Notes: a model not told the origin generated them from the sequence alone. Counted from the first letter of the stretch, positions 1-14,433 are shown. The stretch: 64,000 bases of DNA from Octopus vulgaris (GCA_951406725.2 OX597826.1:62868001-62932000); one strand, 5' to 3'. Numbers and translations: made by a program.

Positions 1-1050
1 CATTGAGAGACTGTCCTTGAGATTTGTTTATTGACATAGCGAGACTTAGTTTTACTGTGAACTGGACCTGTTTAAATTCAAAGGGGAGGTCATATGGGAT
101 TAACGGGATCCGTGGAATGAAGGTATCCTCACCCTTATAGTTTCCAGTCATAAATATTTGCCTCTAGGACAAGGATTGCATCGCTTTCAGCACCAGTTTG
201 GTACCATTGTACAGATGAGGTTGATCCAGATTCCTGAGCAGCATTACTGGGGCCCTCATTTTAAGTGGTGAGATGGCATTCCAGAGGGCTGTAGAGAGTA
301 AATTCGAAAATCTGCGGTTGATTTTGTCAACAGCAGCATTACGTGGAGCTAAGATGGCTCGCTCACAGAGACATTGACTGTTGCTAAAGTTTTGTGCAAT
401 GTTTGGGAGCACATGAATTGTGAGATCCTTGACAGTTGGTACCATCACACCACAGGGTAGCTGGTGTTCCTATATTTGGTGGACATACGGTAGTTGCCCA
501 ACCCCTATCTTCAGGAGCCGGTATGAAAACAACCTAGCAGTTTGATCACCAGATAATTGGGCCCTCATGTTAACTGTCAGGTCACTTTAGTCACTTGCCT
601 CCACAGATAGGATTGCTTGAGACAGGCCTGTAGCTCATCTACGTTTGTACCTTTTGGGATCACAAGAAGGGTTGATTCGAAATTCCCAGCCAATACTATT
701 TTGACCCCCACCTATGACAATGTCCTTTCCTCTCAAATCTCTTAGGCTACGGTCAACAGCCTCAAGTGCTCCACGGTGAGACATGGTGCATTCATCCCAG
801 ACAATCAAGCGCGTCTGCTGCAAAACCTTGGCCTTTGCTGATGTCTTAAAACTGTTGCAAAATGAAGTCTCTGTCCAATCTAAATTAAAGGGAACCGTAA
901 AAGTAGAACGAGCCGTTCGTCCTCCTGTCAAGAGAGTAGTTGATACTCCAGAAAACGCTACCGCCAATGCAAAGCAGTCATCTAGACGGACTAACAAAAG
1001 GTTGATCAAAAACGTTTTGTCAGTATCCTCAGGAGCAGTACCTCATTCAA
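1..1050 (-). pseudogene. Helitron-type PIF1-family helicase remnant (frameshifted, runs off the window start)
   Basis: Minus-strand frames give PIF1/Helitron motifs: ALAVAFSGVSTTLLTGGRTARSTF, LIVWDECTMSHRGALEAVDRSLRDL (635-1009), ERAILAPRN and PVMLLRNLDQPHLYNGTKL (164-448), and FIPRIPLIP...FKQVQFTVKLSLAMSINKSQGQSL (1-135). The motifs are split by stops and frameshifts. Confidence 0.9.
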
Positions 1051-1057
1051 TTAATTG

Positions 1058-1760
1058 AAAAAGAGGCGTCTATCTCCGTATGAAATTTTTTTTCTCACAC
1101 ACACTCACATAAACATATATCTTATATATATAAAACACACCTATTGAGAATTGAAAATTTTGACGGAAATGAACCTTTACCTACGGATACACAAATGGAA
1201 AGGTAGGGACGATTATGGTGTAGAGTGATCCAGCTGTTTGGCCGTCCATAGAGGACACACACAAATATATGTCTTATGTATATAAAACAGATTTGTTAAC
1301 ATGTGAAAAAAGGCCTCTACCTCCGTATGGAATCTACTTACACACACACACACACACATACATACATACACGCACACACACACAATAATATGTATCATAT
1401 ATATATGAAACAGACTAGTTGAAATTTGAAAGAAAGGTGTCTATCTCTGTACTGAATGTATTTTCACACACACACATTAGTATATAACTAAACAGACCTG
1501 TTAACATATGCAAAATATGCGTCTATCTCTGTGTAGAATACATTTAAATGCACATAAATATATATCTTATATATGAAGCAGACGCGTTGACATTGGAAAA
1601 TGTTTACATCATATCTAAAAGAGGCGTCTATCTCCGTGTAGAATGTATTTACACACATAAATATATACATTATATATGACGCAGACCAGTTGACATTGCA
1701 AAATCTTTACATAAATGAACTTGTACGTACAGATACACAAATAGAAAACTGGAAAAGAAT
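1058..1760. repeat. Degenerate tandem repeats (motif AAAGAGGCGTCTATCTCCGT) next to the Helitron remnant
   Basis: Variants of the motif at about 1060, 1310, 1433, 1518 and 1618, interleaved with CA/TA tracts. Confidence 0.6.
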
Positions 1761-2894
1761 ATAAAAAAATGAAAGCACCTTTATAAATTCTTTTTTTATT
1801 AGGAATCGTCATAACTTTAATGATGTATACGTATGTTTATGTGTAAAAATCTGGTTACTTAGTTACTACGTCAGAACGCCAGACACAGGAAGTTGACACT
1901 GACAAAACGGTTTGAAGAAGTGAATCTTAATTATATATATATAAAGCAATATCATTTATTTCTCAGCGCATGACGCAATATTATTTATTTTTAGTAAACA
2001 TTAATAAATCAAGACGTAATACTAAGTTCCAGGTGAAATTATTCCTGTACCCCAAGTATAGTACAGATTGGTCTAGGGGTTTGGCCGTACATAGAGGTCA
2101 CACACACAGACAACGTATTTTATATAGTTAGAAGATAATCCTATTCGGTTTCTGTAACAATCCAGCAATTTGCAAAGGAGGATATTAGTCGATACCATCA
2201 ACCCCAATAGGTGACTAGCACTTGGCTTTACCGACAATGTGTTCTCTTCTCTGAGGATGTAGCTGAGGTGTCGGCTAGTGTTGGTCGGCCACCTGGTCAG
2301 GGCAGGTGAGAAAATATCTTGCGGAGATGGGAACTGATTGGGGTACTGCTCGGAAGATTATCTGGGAAGATCCGAGCAGATACCAACTAATGGAAGCTGC
2401 AGCGATGCGTGCAACAACGCATGCCTCGTACCTGATTTTACCTTCAATTCCTACCCATTCTTAATTTTTTGGCGGGGTTTCTTGTGCAATTATTTTACAC
2501 GTCCTGCAAAAATGGTCTCCGCACTTTGTTGCCTGCATTATCCCTTTCATCTGATGTAGGTTTTGCTTTTGTTAAGAGCCCTCTAATATTTCGTGTTTGT
2601 CTTCGACTGTCACTAATTGTTACTTCTAGGACATGAGATGGGTCAAGATTCCTAAGCAATATAATAGGAGAGCCTAGCTATAGTGTAGATGTGTGTGTGT
2701 GTGTGTGTTTAATAACGTACCTAACAAACGCGCAAACACACACACTCAGAGACACATACACATTGATATACAAAATGTGACGACAGCCATATACATATAG
2801 TAAGACAAACACACACAGACATACATAGTTTTCCACCTCATTGTATTTGCCAGTCGTCACATACGTAAATGTATGTGTAGTTGTGTTTGTGTCA

Positions 2895-3180
2895 TCAGAC
2901 CGACGTGCTTGCGGCGAAACTGGCCCTAGACCATCATTTCAACGCAAAGCACGAAGGTTGCGCAGCGAGGGCTATGGTTCGTTCGCTAAGACACAAGAAA
3001 ATGGAAACCGTTGGTTGGGCCCGAGTGGCAGAGGCAAAACGTGGTCGTAAAACCACAATTCGATCTTTGGCGGGTCGGGACAACCGAGTGCTACTCGCTT
3101 CCAAGATGTGCGAGGATTTTCACCGGCATTTTGCTCAAAGTTTTGGGGAGAAGTGGCAGCACAGATCGCAGGATGAAATT
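2895..3180 (+). mobile_element. Possible L1/Tx1-like LINE ORF2 fragment (EN-RT linker)
   Basis: GC-richer island translating to KHEGCAARAMVRS...KTTIRSLAGRD...MCEDFHRHFAQSF, which loosely resembles the post-endonuclease region of L1/Tx1 ORF2. No catalytic motif is present. Confidence 0.35.
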
Positions 3181-3185
3181 TGGAA

Positions 3186-3237
3186 CATACATATACACAT
3201 AGATTTACATGTATGTATGAATCTGCCTGTCTGTCGG

Positions 3238-3304
<67 letters not shown>

Positions 3305-3521
3305 GTATGTATGTATGTATTGACACGCACACTTTCACCACATAAATATGTGTACTCAAATATATGCTTAAATATATGTAGCTATAGACCAAATATATGC
3401 ATATAAAGGTGAATTTATATAGTATACATATGCATATATTTGGTCTAAAGATACATATATTTAAGCATATATTTGAGTACACATATTTATGTGGTGAAAA
3501 TGTGTGTGTAAATACATACAT

Positions 3522-3612
<91 letters not shown>

Positions 3613-3704
3613 GATAGGTAGATAGATAAACAGACAGACAGACAGACAGGCAAGGAGACAGATAGGCAGATTCATATATATATAAATCTATGTGTATATG
3701 TATG
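3186..3704. repeat. Imperfect ~520-bp palindrome with (TCTA)n/(GATA)n arms
   Basis: 3186-3405 is the reverse complement of about 3428-3704 (e.g. TTTCACCACATAAATATGTGTACTCAAATATATGCTTAAATATATGTA versus its inverse), with scattered mismatches. Confidence 0.85.
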
Positions 3705-3830
3705 AAAATTTATACGACCTATTTAAACGTATTCAGTGATTCTTCAACTGGTATGTTACTAATTATCTATGAATGTATATGTATGTATATATATATATAT
3801 ATATAAAACTACTCCTAAAAATAAACACTG

Positions 3831-3874
<44 letters not shown>

Positions 3875-3880
3875 ACACAC

Positions 3881-3924
<44 letters not shown>

Positions 3925-4016
3925 CTATATGTACGTATACATGTGTATTACATCACATAAATAATTATATATATAATATATATATCATATATATATATAT
4001 ATATGTATGTATGTAT

Positions 4017-4075
<59 letters not shown>

Positions 4076-5532
4076 ACATGATTATATGTTTATATACGTA
4101 CGCTTTATAATACTGAATACGTGTATATTTTCAGCAGAAAATCGTAAGTTCTGGAATATAAAGATGGCAAAATAATGTTTAAATGAACAATATTTCTGAT
4201 TTGGAATGGCAGACGTAATTATCCAGTTGTGTTTAATCTAGTCTGAAATCGTCGAGCGCCAAATTACTTAAACACCGTATAAATTCCGAATTCTGGCAAG
4301 ATGCAGAATGAGGATTATAATCTATATAGACTCTTATCGAAAAATAACTTAAGCGTTACTAACTACAGAGTTTTCGATGGCTAGACACATTGAAGAGGTT
4401 AACATTAGCGTAAAGCTTATTGGTAGTATCTGTGAATGAGCCAAAATAAAATATAGCTTTAACCAGATAAAAGTTTAGACAGAGACTAAATAGAATTTTA
4501 AATGTCGTTAATCTCAGCCGTAAATAACAAGATCAGAGAAAAACTGTACCACATTATGCGATGGGGGAAGTTGAGAAGTGCATTCTTTTCCAAAAGTGTT
4601 TTCAGGTGAAAAGTGCTGTAGTTCATAAGGTCGGAAACCACTCGACTTCGTAGGTTAATTTTATCCACTAGATTTAATTTCTGTGGATTATTCTATCTAC
4701 AAGATTTAATTTCTGTGGATTATTTTATACGCTTGATTTAATTTTTGTGAGACCCAGAGTTTGATGAAAGCATTTTTAGCTTTTGTTTAGCCTGAAGCAA
4801 CTCTTGCGTATTAGATTTTGCATAATTTTAGCGGTGGATCCCCTTGCGCCACTGATAAGGAACCTAAGATGCTCGAAGGTAGGAAATAGTCACTGGCGTC
4901 GCAAAACTCGCCTAGGTTGGGATTTCGTTGACACCTTTGCCATTAACATTCTTCTGGAGCAAATGTAAACTGGTGTGTGTAATATAATCGTATGCACAGC
5001 GGAAGGTTTAAAAGGTTAATATTCTGAGTATTTGGTATCAGCATTACTGCCGTATCAAAGACGCTGGGTATATTGCAAACGACAAAAGGAGAGGAGCCGA
5101 ATGAGTTGGGTTTGGGTGAACTTGACTAAAAGCCACACCAGACAGGCCACTATATGAGCAGGGGAACACATTTCCCTTTCTCTCCGTTCGGTGTAGCGAT
5201 AGCGAGGACAGACACAGAAGGCAATATGTCTTTATGGCAAAGATTTTAAAATGTTTGCGAATGATTTTATGGAAATTATTTGAGCAGCATTTTGTTGCAG
5301 CCATCATCCGCCTCACAGCAACTGAAATTGTGAGAATCCATTTCCGTCTGAGCTTCTAGGATATGGTCGTGCGACGTAAATCTGAAGTGCGACGAAACGG
5401 AAGCATTCGCTTTTTCCTGAGGTGCACCTTGAATGACCGGAGAGAAATATTTCTCCATTTCTGTAGAAATTGACACTGTTCTACAGTGCAACGGAATTGA
5501 TTCCAAAAGAGAGGGGTGAGAAAGAGAGCGCG

Positions 5533-5535
<3 letters not shown>

Positions 5536-5594
<59 letters not shown>
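5536..5594. repeat. (GA)n microsatellite
   Basis: Directly visible. Confidence 0.95.
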
Positions 5595-5600
<6 letters not shown>

Positions 5601-5770
5601 ATAATGAACTTGACAAGTATTTATTCATTGATCCCGGAAAGACGAAATGGAAGAATTGGAAGTCGTCATGGTTTGAACTCATAATGTGGAGAAACGGAAA
5701 AATAATGCACTTCATCCAAAGCTTTAAGGGCCCTTCATATTCGCCGCTTATGCACATGTTACCACACAAA

Positions 5771-5807
<37 letters not shown>

Positions 5808-5844
5808 ATACACACACACACACACACACACACGTTGTCTCTCG

Positions 5845-5883
<39 letters not shown>

Positions 5884-5967
5884 CAAATTTCTCTCATCTC
5901 TCTTCCTCTCTCTTTCTCTCTCTTCCACTCACACGCAGTGTGTGTATGTGTGTGTGTGTGTGTGTGT

Positions 5968-6269
5968 GGAGGCCTATGGCCTAGTGGTTAGAGCAGCGGA
6001 CTCGCGGTCGAGGAATCGCGGGTTCGAATCTCACACCGGGCGATGTGTGTGTTTATGGGTGAAAACACCTAAGCTCCACGTGGCTCCGGCAGAAGGTAAT
6101 AGCGAACTTCTGCTGACTCTTTCACCACAAATTTCTCTCACTCTTTCCGCCTGCATCTTGTAGCTCACCTGTGACGGACCGGCGTCCCGTGCAGGTGGGG
6201 AACCTAAACGCCAAGGTAACCGGGAAACCGGCCCTTATGAGCCAGGGATGGCTCGAGAAGGACAAACAA

Positions 6270-6275
<6 letters not shown>
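5968..6275 (+). mobile_element. tRNA-derived SINE (family B)
   Basis: Head GGAGGCCTATGGCCTAGTGGTTAGAGCAGCGGACTCGCGGTC...GGTTCGAATC contains Pol III A and B boxes. Body is related to 16546-16802, and the element ends in an A/C-rich tail. Confidence 0.8.
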
Positions 6276-6331
<56 letters not shown>

Positions 6332-6407
6332 TCACACTCACGTGCTTTATATATACACATTTGTACCTTGTATATGTTTGTAGTTCTCCTTTTAGATACA
6401 ATTGTGA

Positions 6408-6443
<36 letters not shown>

Positions 6444-6884
6444 TCTGTCACTGAAGCCAAAGTAGGGGTTATTTCATTTCAATTCCCAAAAGCTCGAAAT
6501 GTTTATATAATTCATTGATAAAATATTCTGATATGAAATAAGAACTATTGTTTCAATAAGATTTGCCCCATATATTGTTTCATAATAAGAGATGAGATTG
6601 CATTTGGTCTTTCCAGCATTTATTAGAAATCTATTAAATATAAAGTTGCTGCTCTGTTTGTGCTTCAAACGAGGGTGAAAATTTCAAGTATTTGAGGTTG
6701 AATTACAGGCGAAATCAAAGATGACTCATTGCTTTATTAGAAATCATAAAAAAAAAATCTTCAACATTTATAAAGAAGAAATATGAGGATAAAAGTTTAT
6801 ATAATTCAAAAGTGATTTATTTTTGGTATTCATGTTTGAACATAAACACACACTCGCACACCTATACATATATGTATGCTGCAG

Positions 6885-7012
6885 GTGAAAACTTGGCATG
6901 TTTCAACATAAGTTACAATGCTAATCGACTTTCTAATAAAATCAACTCACCTCCTGTACCTCCGTATAACTTTATCAAATGTAATAAATGCCCACCTGAT
7001 GGCTATTGCCAG
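6885..7012 (+). CDS. Candidate Cys-containing internal exon of an unknown host gene
   Basis: Bounded by GCAG|G and CAG|GTGAAG; open frame GENLACFNISYNANRLSNKINSPPVPPYNFIKCNKCPPDGYCQ. The polypyrimidine tract is weak and no partner exons were identified. Confidence 0.2.
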
Positions 7013-7921
7013 GTGAAGTCATGAATATACTGCGATAAAGTATAACTTAGAAAGAATTGTCAGCCCAAATCTTACATTGGTTTGACAAAACATAATTTTA
7101 AGAGACATATTTATCAGCGCATGCATTAAACTGGAAAGAAAACGTTCAAATGTTTTACTGGCAAATATTCAGATTTTGAGAGTGAACCGTCCGCACATAC
7201 ACTCAGTTACTTGCTTGCTGCCATCATGCACTATATCAGTCAAAACTAGAAAGATGCTTATTTTTCTCCGAGTATCCTGAACTTTTCAGTGTAAGATGTG
7301 AACTTTGTCATCTTGTAAACAAGATATTAAATAAGTTAAATTTATTTATAACCCTTCTTTCATTGACAATGATAAAATTTATTACATATTATATTTTGTT
7401 TGTCCTTACAGCAATTTTCTTATCTAGTTTTGCCCTCGAGCACTTGAAAACTTTATCGCAAATTATCTCACATACTCGAATATACATTCTTATATTTTGC
7501 TTTAAGTCTGTATTTTTAAAACAATAATTTAATTATATACAAGTTTTCCCCATATATAGAATATTTTTACTTATACACACATTTTTCGGCATAAATATTT
7601 TCCCATTTACTCTGTGGCACTCCACATCTCCCACGGTAAACTTGGATTCCAGCCTAATCTTTCATTTTAACTAATATGGTCCAATAAAGTTGTATGACCA
7701 GGTGGTAGGTTGGGTTTATGATCACAGAATTGTAGATTCGATTTCTGTACTCTGCTCTATCTTTCGCACATCAAAATTATAGCAACATATTGCTAGTGTA
7801 CCTATGTCGGCATCTGATGCTCTCAGAACCACAGTAATTAATGTAATTAGCGAAACATGGTAAATGCTACAATTGGCTGCGTGTGATAGCTATGGTTTTG
7901 TGGTTACACATATACATATTC

Positions 7922-8316
7922 TTTTACTTGTATCAGTTATTTGAATGTGCTCATGCTGGAGCACTGCCTTTCGTTAAGCAAATCGAGCCCAGGACTTATT
8001 CTTTGTAAGCTTAATACTTATTCTATCGGTCACTTTTGCCGAACCACTAGATTACGGGGACGTCAACACACCAACAGCGGTTGTCAAGCAATGTTGGGGA
8101 GACAAACAGAAACACACAAACATATACAAACGCATACACACACACGCACAGATATACATATATATATACATATAAATATATACGATGGGCTTCTTTCAAT
8201 TTCCTTCTACCAAATCCACTCACAAGGCTTTGGTCGGCCCGAGGCTATAGTAGAAGACACTTGCCCAAGGTGTCACACGGTGGGATTAAACCCGAAAGCA
8301 TGAGGTTGGTAAGCAA
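7922..8316 (-). mobile_element. SINE family A copy (tRNA head, internal CA/TA microsatellite, LINE-like tail)
   Basis: Matches the copies at 16121, 16888 and 18426 (ATGCTGGAGCAC...GACTTATTCTTTGTAAG...GAAGACACTTGCCCAAGG). Confidence 0.85.
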
Positions 8317-8452
8317 TATCTGGGCATAAATACATACATGTATAGTTATTGTATTTTATTGCTCAACATAGACATGAAATCTTGGTTGTCTTTTTTCCCT
8401 ATTGAATGCATGCTAAGACAGAAACTACCTAAGAATAAGAACTGATACGACA

Positions 8453-8818
<366 letters not shown>

Positions 8819-8824
8819 TGCAAT

Positions 8825-9120
8825 GCATGAGAGTAGTGGTACAATAATATACCTGAAAAAATTCGTGGTGAAGCCGCTAAACCGAAATTTCTTTGGGTCT
8901 TTGAGATCCAAACAAACATAACTATTGAACATGATATACCAGACACTCTTATATATGACATAAAGACGAGAACGTCTTATAATAGATACAGCATTTCTAT
9001 CAGATAAGGACATGAAAAACATTTTGAAATACGCTGATTTAAATATAGGAACACTATTTTGGGTTATCCATCAGCAAAAGTGGAATATGTGCCAGTTATT
9101 ATAGTATTAGTTTCAATTAC
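8825..9120 (+). mobile_element. Decayed R4/Dong-like LINE 3' fragment
   Basis: Translates to WYNNIPEKI...FLWVFEIQTNITIEHDIPD...VPVII, homologous to WYRHTPEKV...ILWDMPIHTDREIKANRPD...IPIIVGALG at 63.1-63.6 kb. Confidence 0.55.
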
Positions 9121-9247
9121 TCTTAAACTTTCAGGGTTTCCGGGGTGGTTCGACAACACACCGCCTGGAATAAGAATTGAACCTACAATGTCATGTTTAT
9201 GAGTTGGACATATTTGATAATATACCGCACGTGACATCTCAGTATAA

Positions 9248-9574
9248 AAGGAACACTCCGTCGGCTACTACGACGAGGGTCCCAGCTGATACGATCAACG
9301 GAACAGCTTGCTCATGATATTAACGTGCAAGTGACTGAGCAATCCACAGACACGTGTACCCCTAACGTAGTTCTCAGGGAGATTCAGCGTGACACAAAGT
9401 GTGCCAAGGCTGGCCCTTTGAAATACAGGTACAACTCATTTCTGCCAGCTGAGTGGACTGGAGCAACTTGAAATAAAGTGTCTTGCTCAAGGACACAACG
9501 TGTCGCCGGGAATTGAACTCAGGACCTTACAATCGTGAGCCGAATGCCCTAACCACTAAGCCACGCGCCTTCAC
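9248..9574 (-). mobile_element. tRNA-derived SINE (family C) with 11-bp TSD
   Basis: Minus-strand head GGCGCGTGGCTTAGTGGTTAGGGC...GAGTTCAATTCCC, followed by GTTGTGTCCTTGAGCAAGACAC. TSD TCTCAGTATAA at 9237-9247 and 9575-9585. Decayed relatives at about 25705-25830 and 40960-41235. Confidence 0.88.
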
Positions 9575-10485
9575 TCTCAGTATAAGTGAAGCAGATAGAA
9601 TAGTGTGTTAGTTTTTGCGGTGTTTCTATAAAAGTAGTAAATTTGGGAATAAAATTGCCGTTAAATGGAATGGGTTATCAAGGAAATTACTTATTAGAAA
9701 GTCAAATCTGATGAATACTGGAGGGTAGGAAGATTCCCCCAACGCGAAAGGATCAAAATTTGCTGATGCAATTGGGAAGCAAGTGATATTGCAGGTTCTC
9801 TGGTGCATGACAGCAACCATTGATCTCCTAATAATTGGCTGGCAATCGTTGAAATAGTGGAAAAACGAGTGACAACTGGAGATAATGTGCGTCTTTCTCC
9901 ACGTCTTGTAATGAATAGTTTTCGCCTCCCTGGCCTAGTTGCACTGGTTTCGGTTGCTAGTGGTAGTAGTTTTATCGTTCTTGTAACACTGGTTCTTGTT
10001 GTTTAGGTTCGGGTCATTTCTGAGAATTTAGGGATATGCACAACAGTGATTCAAGCATGTTCCCCACAACGTATTTTATATCAGCGACTGCATTCATTGC
10101 CCAAGACGAATTTTAACTATAATGGTATATTGATATTTCAAATTAAATTTCAATGCTAGCAAATTAAGCAAATTAATCGAGTGTTTTAGAAATATAAATA
10201 ATAAAAATATTTTAGAAATAGAAATAATAAAAATATTACTTAGAAAATAATAATTGATAATTTTCATCAAATTCCAGCGTTTAACCTGGCTCGCTTTAAA
10301 TAGAATTTCTCAATAAAATAAAATAACTTGAATTTTCAGAACACGTTTTTCATATGCCATGTGCAATTTTAATTATTATATATGTATTGCTTCATTGATA
10401 TATGATGATATAGATTCACATTCATCTATATATACATACAAACATACTCATATATACATATACGCACACATATATATCTATATAC

Positions 10486-10535
<50 letters not shown>

Positions 10536-11305
10536 GCATGTGTATATATATATATATGTATATATAAATATGTGTATACATATATATATATAAATGTGTA
10601 CTTGTGTGCGTATTATGTAAATATGTATACGTATACATATGTATATATATATATATGTATATATGTTTGTATATATATATTATATATGACATGTGTATAC
10701 GCATATATATACATATATAGATATAGATACGTATGCACTCACATACTCACACGTCGCGCGCATATATGTATTTATATAATTCAGCAGAGAGAGTATAGCA
10801 TACGGCACAAGAAAGAAAGGGACATCTTTTCATCAGTTCTAAACCTGGAAGCCGTAGCTATTTTCAAATCATGGGACAGCACAGCGAACAGTTATCGCGG
10901 TATTAGCTTCAAAGAGAAATAATAAGGGATGATCCACTAAAAACAGATAATCGCGAACAACAAAATTCGAAAATGTGTACGTGTATGGTTGCAAAAAATA
11001 TTTCTCTTTTAAATTATCAGGTCTAATGAGAGTAGCGTCATTGTCAAAATGTATTGAAACCGCCGTGAATCTTTGACAAGAAGCTGAAAATATAACCGCT
11101 TCTATTTTACAGGGGATTTTTTCTCTTTGTTCCTTTTGTCTTTTTGTTTTTCTTGTTAGTTTCTTGGTTCTCTTAGGTCAAAGTTCTCTTAGGTCAAACA
11201 GACAAACATTAACGATATGGACCTATGAAACTAAACTACAAGTGTTGATGTGTGATGTATGAAATAAACCTTTTATGGGATTTCTTATACCTTAAAGGAT
11301 TTTTT

Positions 11306-11485
11306 AGGCGTAGGTGTGGGTGTGTGGTAAGTAGCTTGCTTACGAACTACATGGTTCCGGGTACAGTCCCACTGCGTGGCGTCTTGGGCAAGTGTCTTCT
11401 ACTATAGCCTCGGGTCAACCAAAGACTTGTAAGTAGATTTGGTAGACGGAAACTGAAAGAAGCCCTTCGTATGTATATATATATA

Positions 11486-11535
<50 letters not shown>

Positions 11536-11708
11536 ACCCCCCCAACATCGCTTGACAACCGATGCTGATGTATTTACGTCCCCGCTCCGGAAAAGAGATC
11601 GACACAATAAGTACTAGGCTTCCAAATGATAAGTCCTGTGGTCGATGTGCTTGACTAAAGACGCTGCTCCAGCATGGCCACAGTCAAATGACTGAAACAA
11701 GTAAACGA
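11306..11708 (+). mobile_element. SINE family A copy
   Basis: AGGCGTAGGTGTGGGTGTGTGGTAAGTAGCTTGC head through the CCAGCATGGCCACAGTCAAATGACTGAAACAAGTAA tail. Confidence 0.88.
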
Positions 11709-12209
11709 GTATATCATTTTACCACATAAAGTTTCAGATTCGCCTGCATTGTAAAAACGAAGCATTTCAATAGGTGAATGGATTGAGTTATATGTGTGAG
11801 TGTGGATGTATGAATGTATGTATGTATGCATGTATGCATTTATGGATGTATGTACGTATATATGTATATTGCTTGCATGCCACAAAGGAGCGCACGCAGC
11901 GTAGAGTTGATTTTTAAGAAAGCAAGCTAAATTTGAAATATGGAAACTTTACATTCATCACACACATGATCCTATAAAGATGCATTTGAGTGTATTTGTG
12001 CGTGAGTGTGCGTGGATATATCTGTGTATGTGCGCGTGAATGTGTACGTATGTGCATGTATGTAAATGTGTGTGTGTTTAAGGGTGTATATGCATCAGCC
12101 ACACTTCGTGTAAACACAACAATTCATTACATTTGCTTTCCCGTTTACGTGTTTATATATTTATAATATTTAATTAAATTTTTTAAACTTCCAGTTTCCC
12201 ATTCTTTTT

Positions 12210-12236
12210 ACATATATACATATATACATACATATA

Positions 12237-12300
<64 letters not shown>

Positions 12301-12367
12301 TATATATATATGTATGTATGTATATACATGTATATATATATACAAATGCATATATATATATATGGAT

Positions 12368-12404
<37 letters not shown>

Positions 12405-12430
12405 TGTATGTATATAAGTATATATACATA

Positions 12431-12487
<57 letters not shown>

Positions 12488-12954
12488 GCATGTATATATC
12501 CATACATATATATGTATGAACATATATGCATACATACACGCACGCATACACATCCATACACATAGATATTATATATTCCATCAACATTAATCTTTTCCCC
12601 TTTCTTGACTCGTTTATTTTTATCATTTCCAGATTGTACTTCGCCCCTTCACTCAATGCACCGCATTTTCTTCTTTTCACCTTTTCCATGTACAAGTATA
12701 TTCTCATCATGCATTTTCTCTGTTATCCATAAATTTTGTAGATAAGCAATCTAATGTAATAGCTTTTGTATGTCTATTAAAAATGTCAAGAACGGAATCT
12801 GACATTTACATGTCGTCTTCAACGTGCATAGATTATATATATATATATGCATACATGTATATATGTATATACGTGTGTGTGTGTCTGTGTGTGTGCATAT
12901 ATATATACATAAAGTATATATGTATGCATGTATATATGTTTGTGTATGTGTATG

Positions 12955-12990
<36 letters not shown>

Positions 12991-13140
12991 ATATTTATAT
13001 ATATACATATATATACATATATATACATATATACATATATATATGTGTATATATATATATATACATGTATATTTATATATAAGTGTCTGTGTGTGAGCAT
13101 ATATACATACATATATATATACATATATACATATATATAA

Positions 13141-13200
<60 letters not shown>
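12210..13200. repeat. Degenerate (TA)n/(TG)n low-complexity block
   Basis: Directly visible, with a short non-repetitive interruption at about 12570-12830. Confidence 0.85.
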
Positions 13201-13201
<1 letters not shown>

Positions 13202-13634
13202 AAATATGCGAAGCATAATTAAACACATATTTTGTTTATTTATCTATGTAGAGTGAATTGCTTTAAGGTTTTCTTGATTTTCGTGTTATTATATTAAAAT
13301 TATGTCATATTCTTCTGTAGTTTAAACTCGACCTTTAAGCAACAAAAGAAGCTAAAATACATGCACGAGCACGGCTGTTGAAAGATATTTCTAAGGATGT
13401 TCTGCATGTTAAATATGTACACGATAAAATGTTATATATGTAACTGGCTGTCAGATAAATTCGTTCGTGTCTTTTTCTCTTCAGGAAATTTCATTGTCAT
13501 ATATCTGAATCAATGCAAGTTATCTTGAAATTTCAAAAACGATAAACATGCGCTGGAAACTGAGATTACAACATTCCCCTGAGCAGGACATCGGTCTGTT
13601 GCAGGGTTTCAGGCCAGCAATTTTGAACGAAGAA

Positions 13635-13808
13635 GCATATCGATTATATCGCCCTCAGTACTTGACTGGTACTTTACCTGAACGACCCGGATTGATAAGA
13701 AGCAAAGGTGATCCCGGCTGGATTTGAACCCAGAAAGTAAAGATCCAGAATAGATGCTACTTAGCATTATGTTCGATGATACAACAACTCAGCGACCTTG
13801 CTGCCTTA
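13635..13808 (-). mobile_element. Decayed SINE family D copy
   Basis: Similar to 30706-30946 (CGATTATATCGCCCTCAGTACTTGACTGGTAC...GGATTTGAACCCAGAA...GCTGCCTT). Confidence 0.6.
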
Positions 13809-14350
13809 TTATATCGACACATTACAGAGAATTAAAACTAATGAATTTCTTAACATACATAGTAACCATCCTTGAAATTGTAATTAAGAACTTAATGCTT
13901 AATCTATCACTCAGTCTCTCATAAGATTCCGTTAATCAACTAACTTTAATAATGCGTCTTTATCTAATAATTATACTTTCACTAGAAGGTAAAATCACTT
14001 ACGTTACATTAATTGAAAAAAGAGACGTATAGAGGAACATAATTTGGTTTTCATCTCATTTTCATATCACAACAGCTACTTAAATCTTTATACTCCACAA
14101 TAGCTTTGCCTAGGCGCATGCATATCTGTATCTAGACTCAGGAGTGGCAGTGTGGTTAAGAAGCTTACGTCCCAATCAAGGGGGTCTTGGGTTTAGTCCA
14201 TCTGAAGGCATACTGAATATTTTCTACAATAATTCCGAGCTAACCGCCCCTTGGTGAGTGGATTTTGTAGAGGGAAACTGAAAGTAGTTCATCGTAATTA
14301 TATATATACATGTATAACAAATATGTGAAGCATAATTAAACACATATTTT

Positions 14351-14433
<83 letters not shown>

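Noticed and set aside
4780-5510. GC-richer segment that might be a decayed LTR-retrotransposon gag
   Set aside because: No unambiguous motif in any frame; would need a BLASTx/HMM search.
5968-6045. tRNA gene-like sequence (also 9500-9574)
   Set aside because: A/B boxes are present but there is no proper acceptor stem or terminator, and the sequence continues into a repeated SINE body.
9700-9765. CTGATGA...GAAA motif (similar at 20395, 24330 and 42181)
   Set aside because: No convincing flanking helices; such 7-mers are expected by chance.
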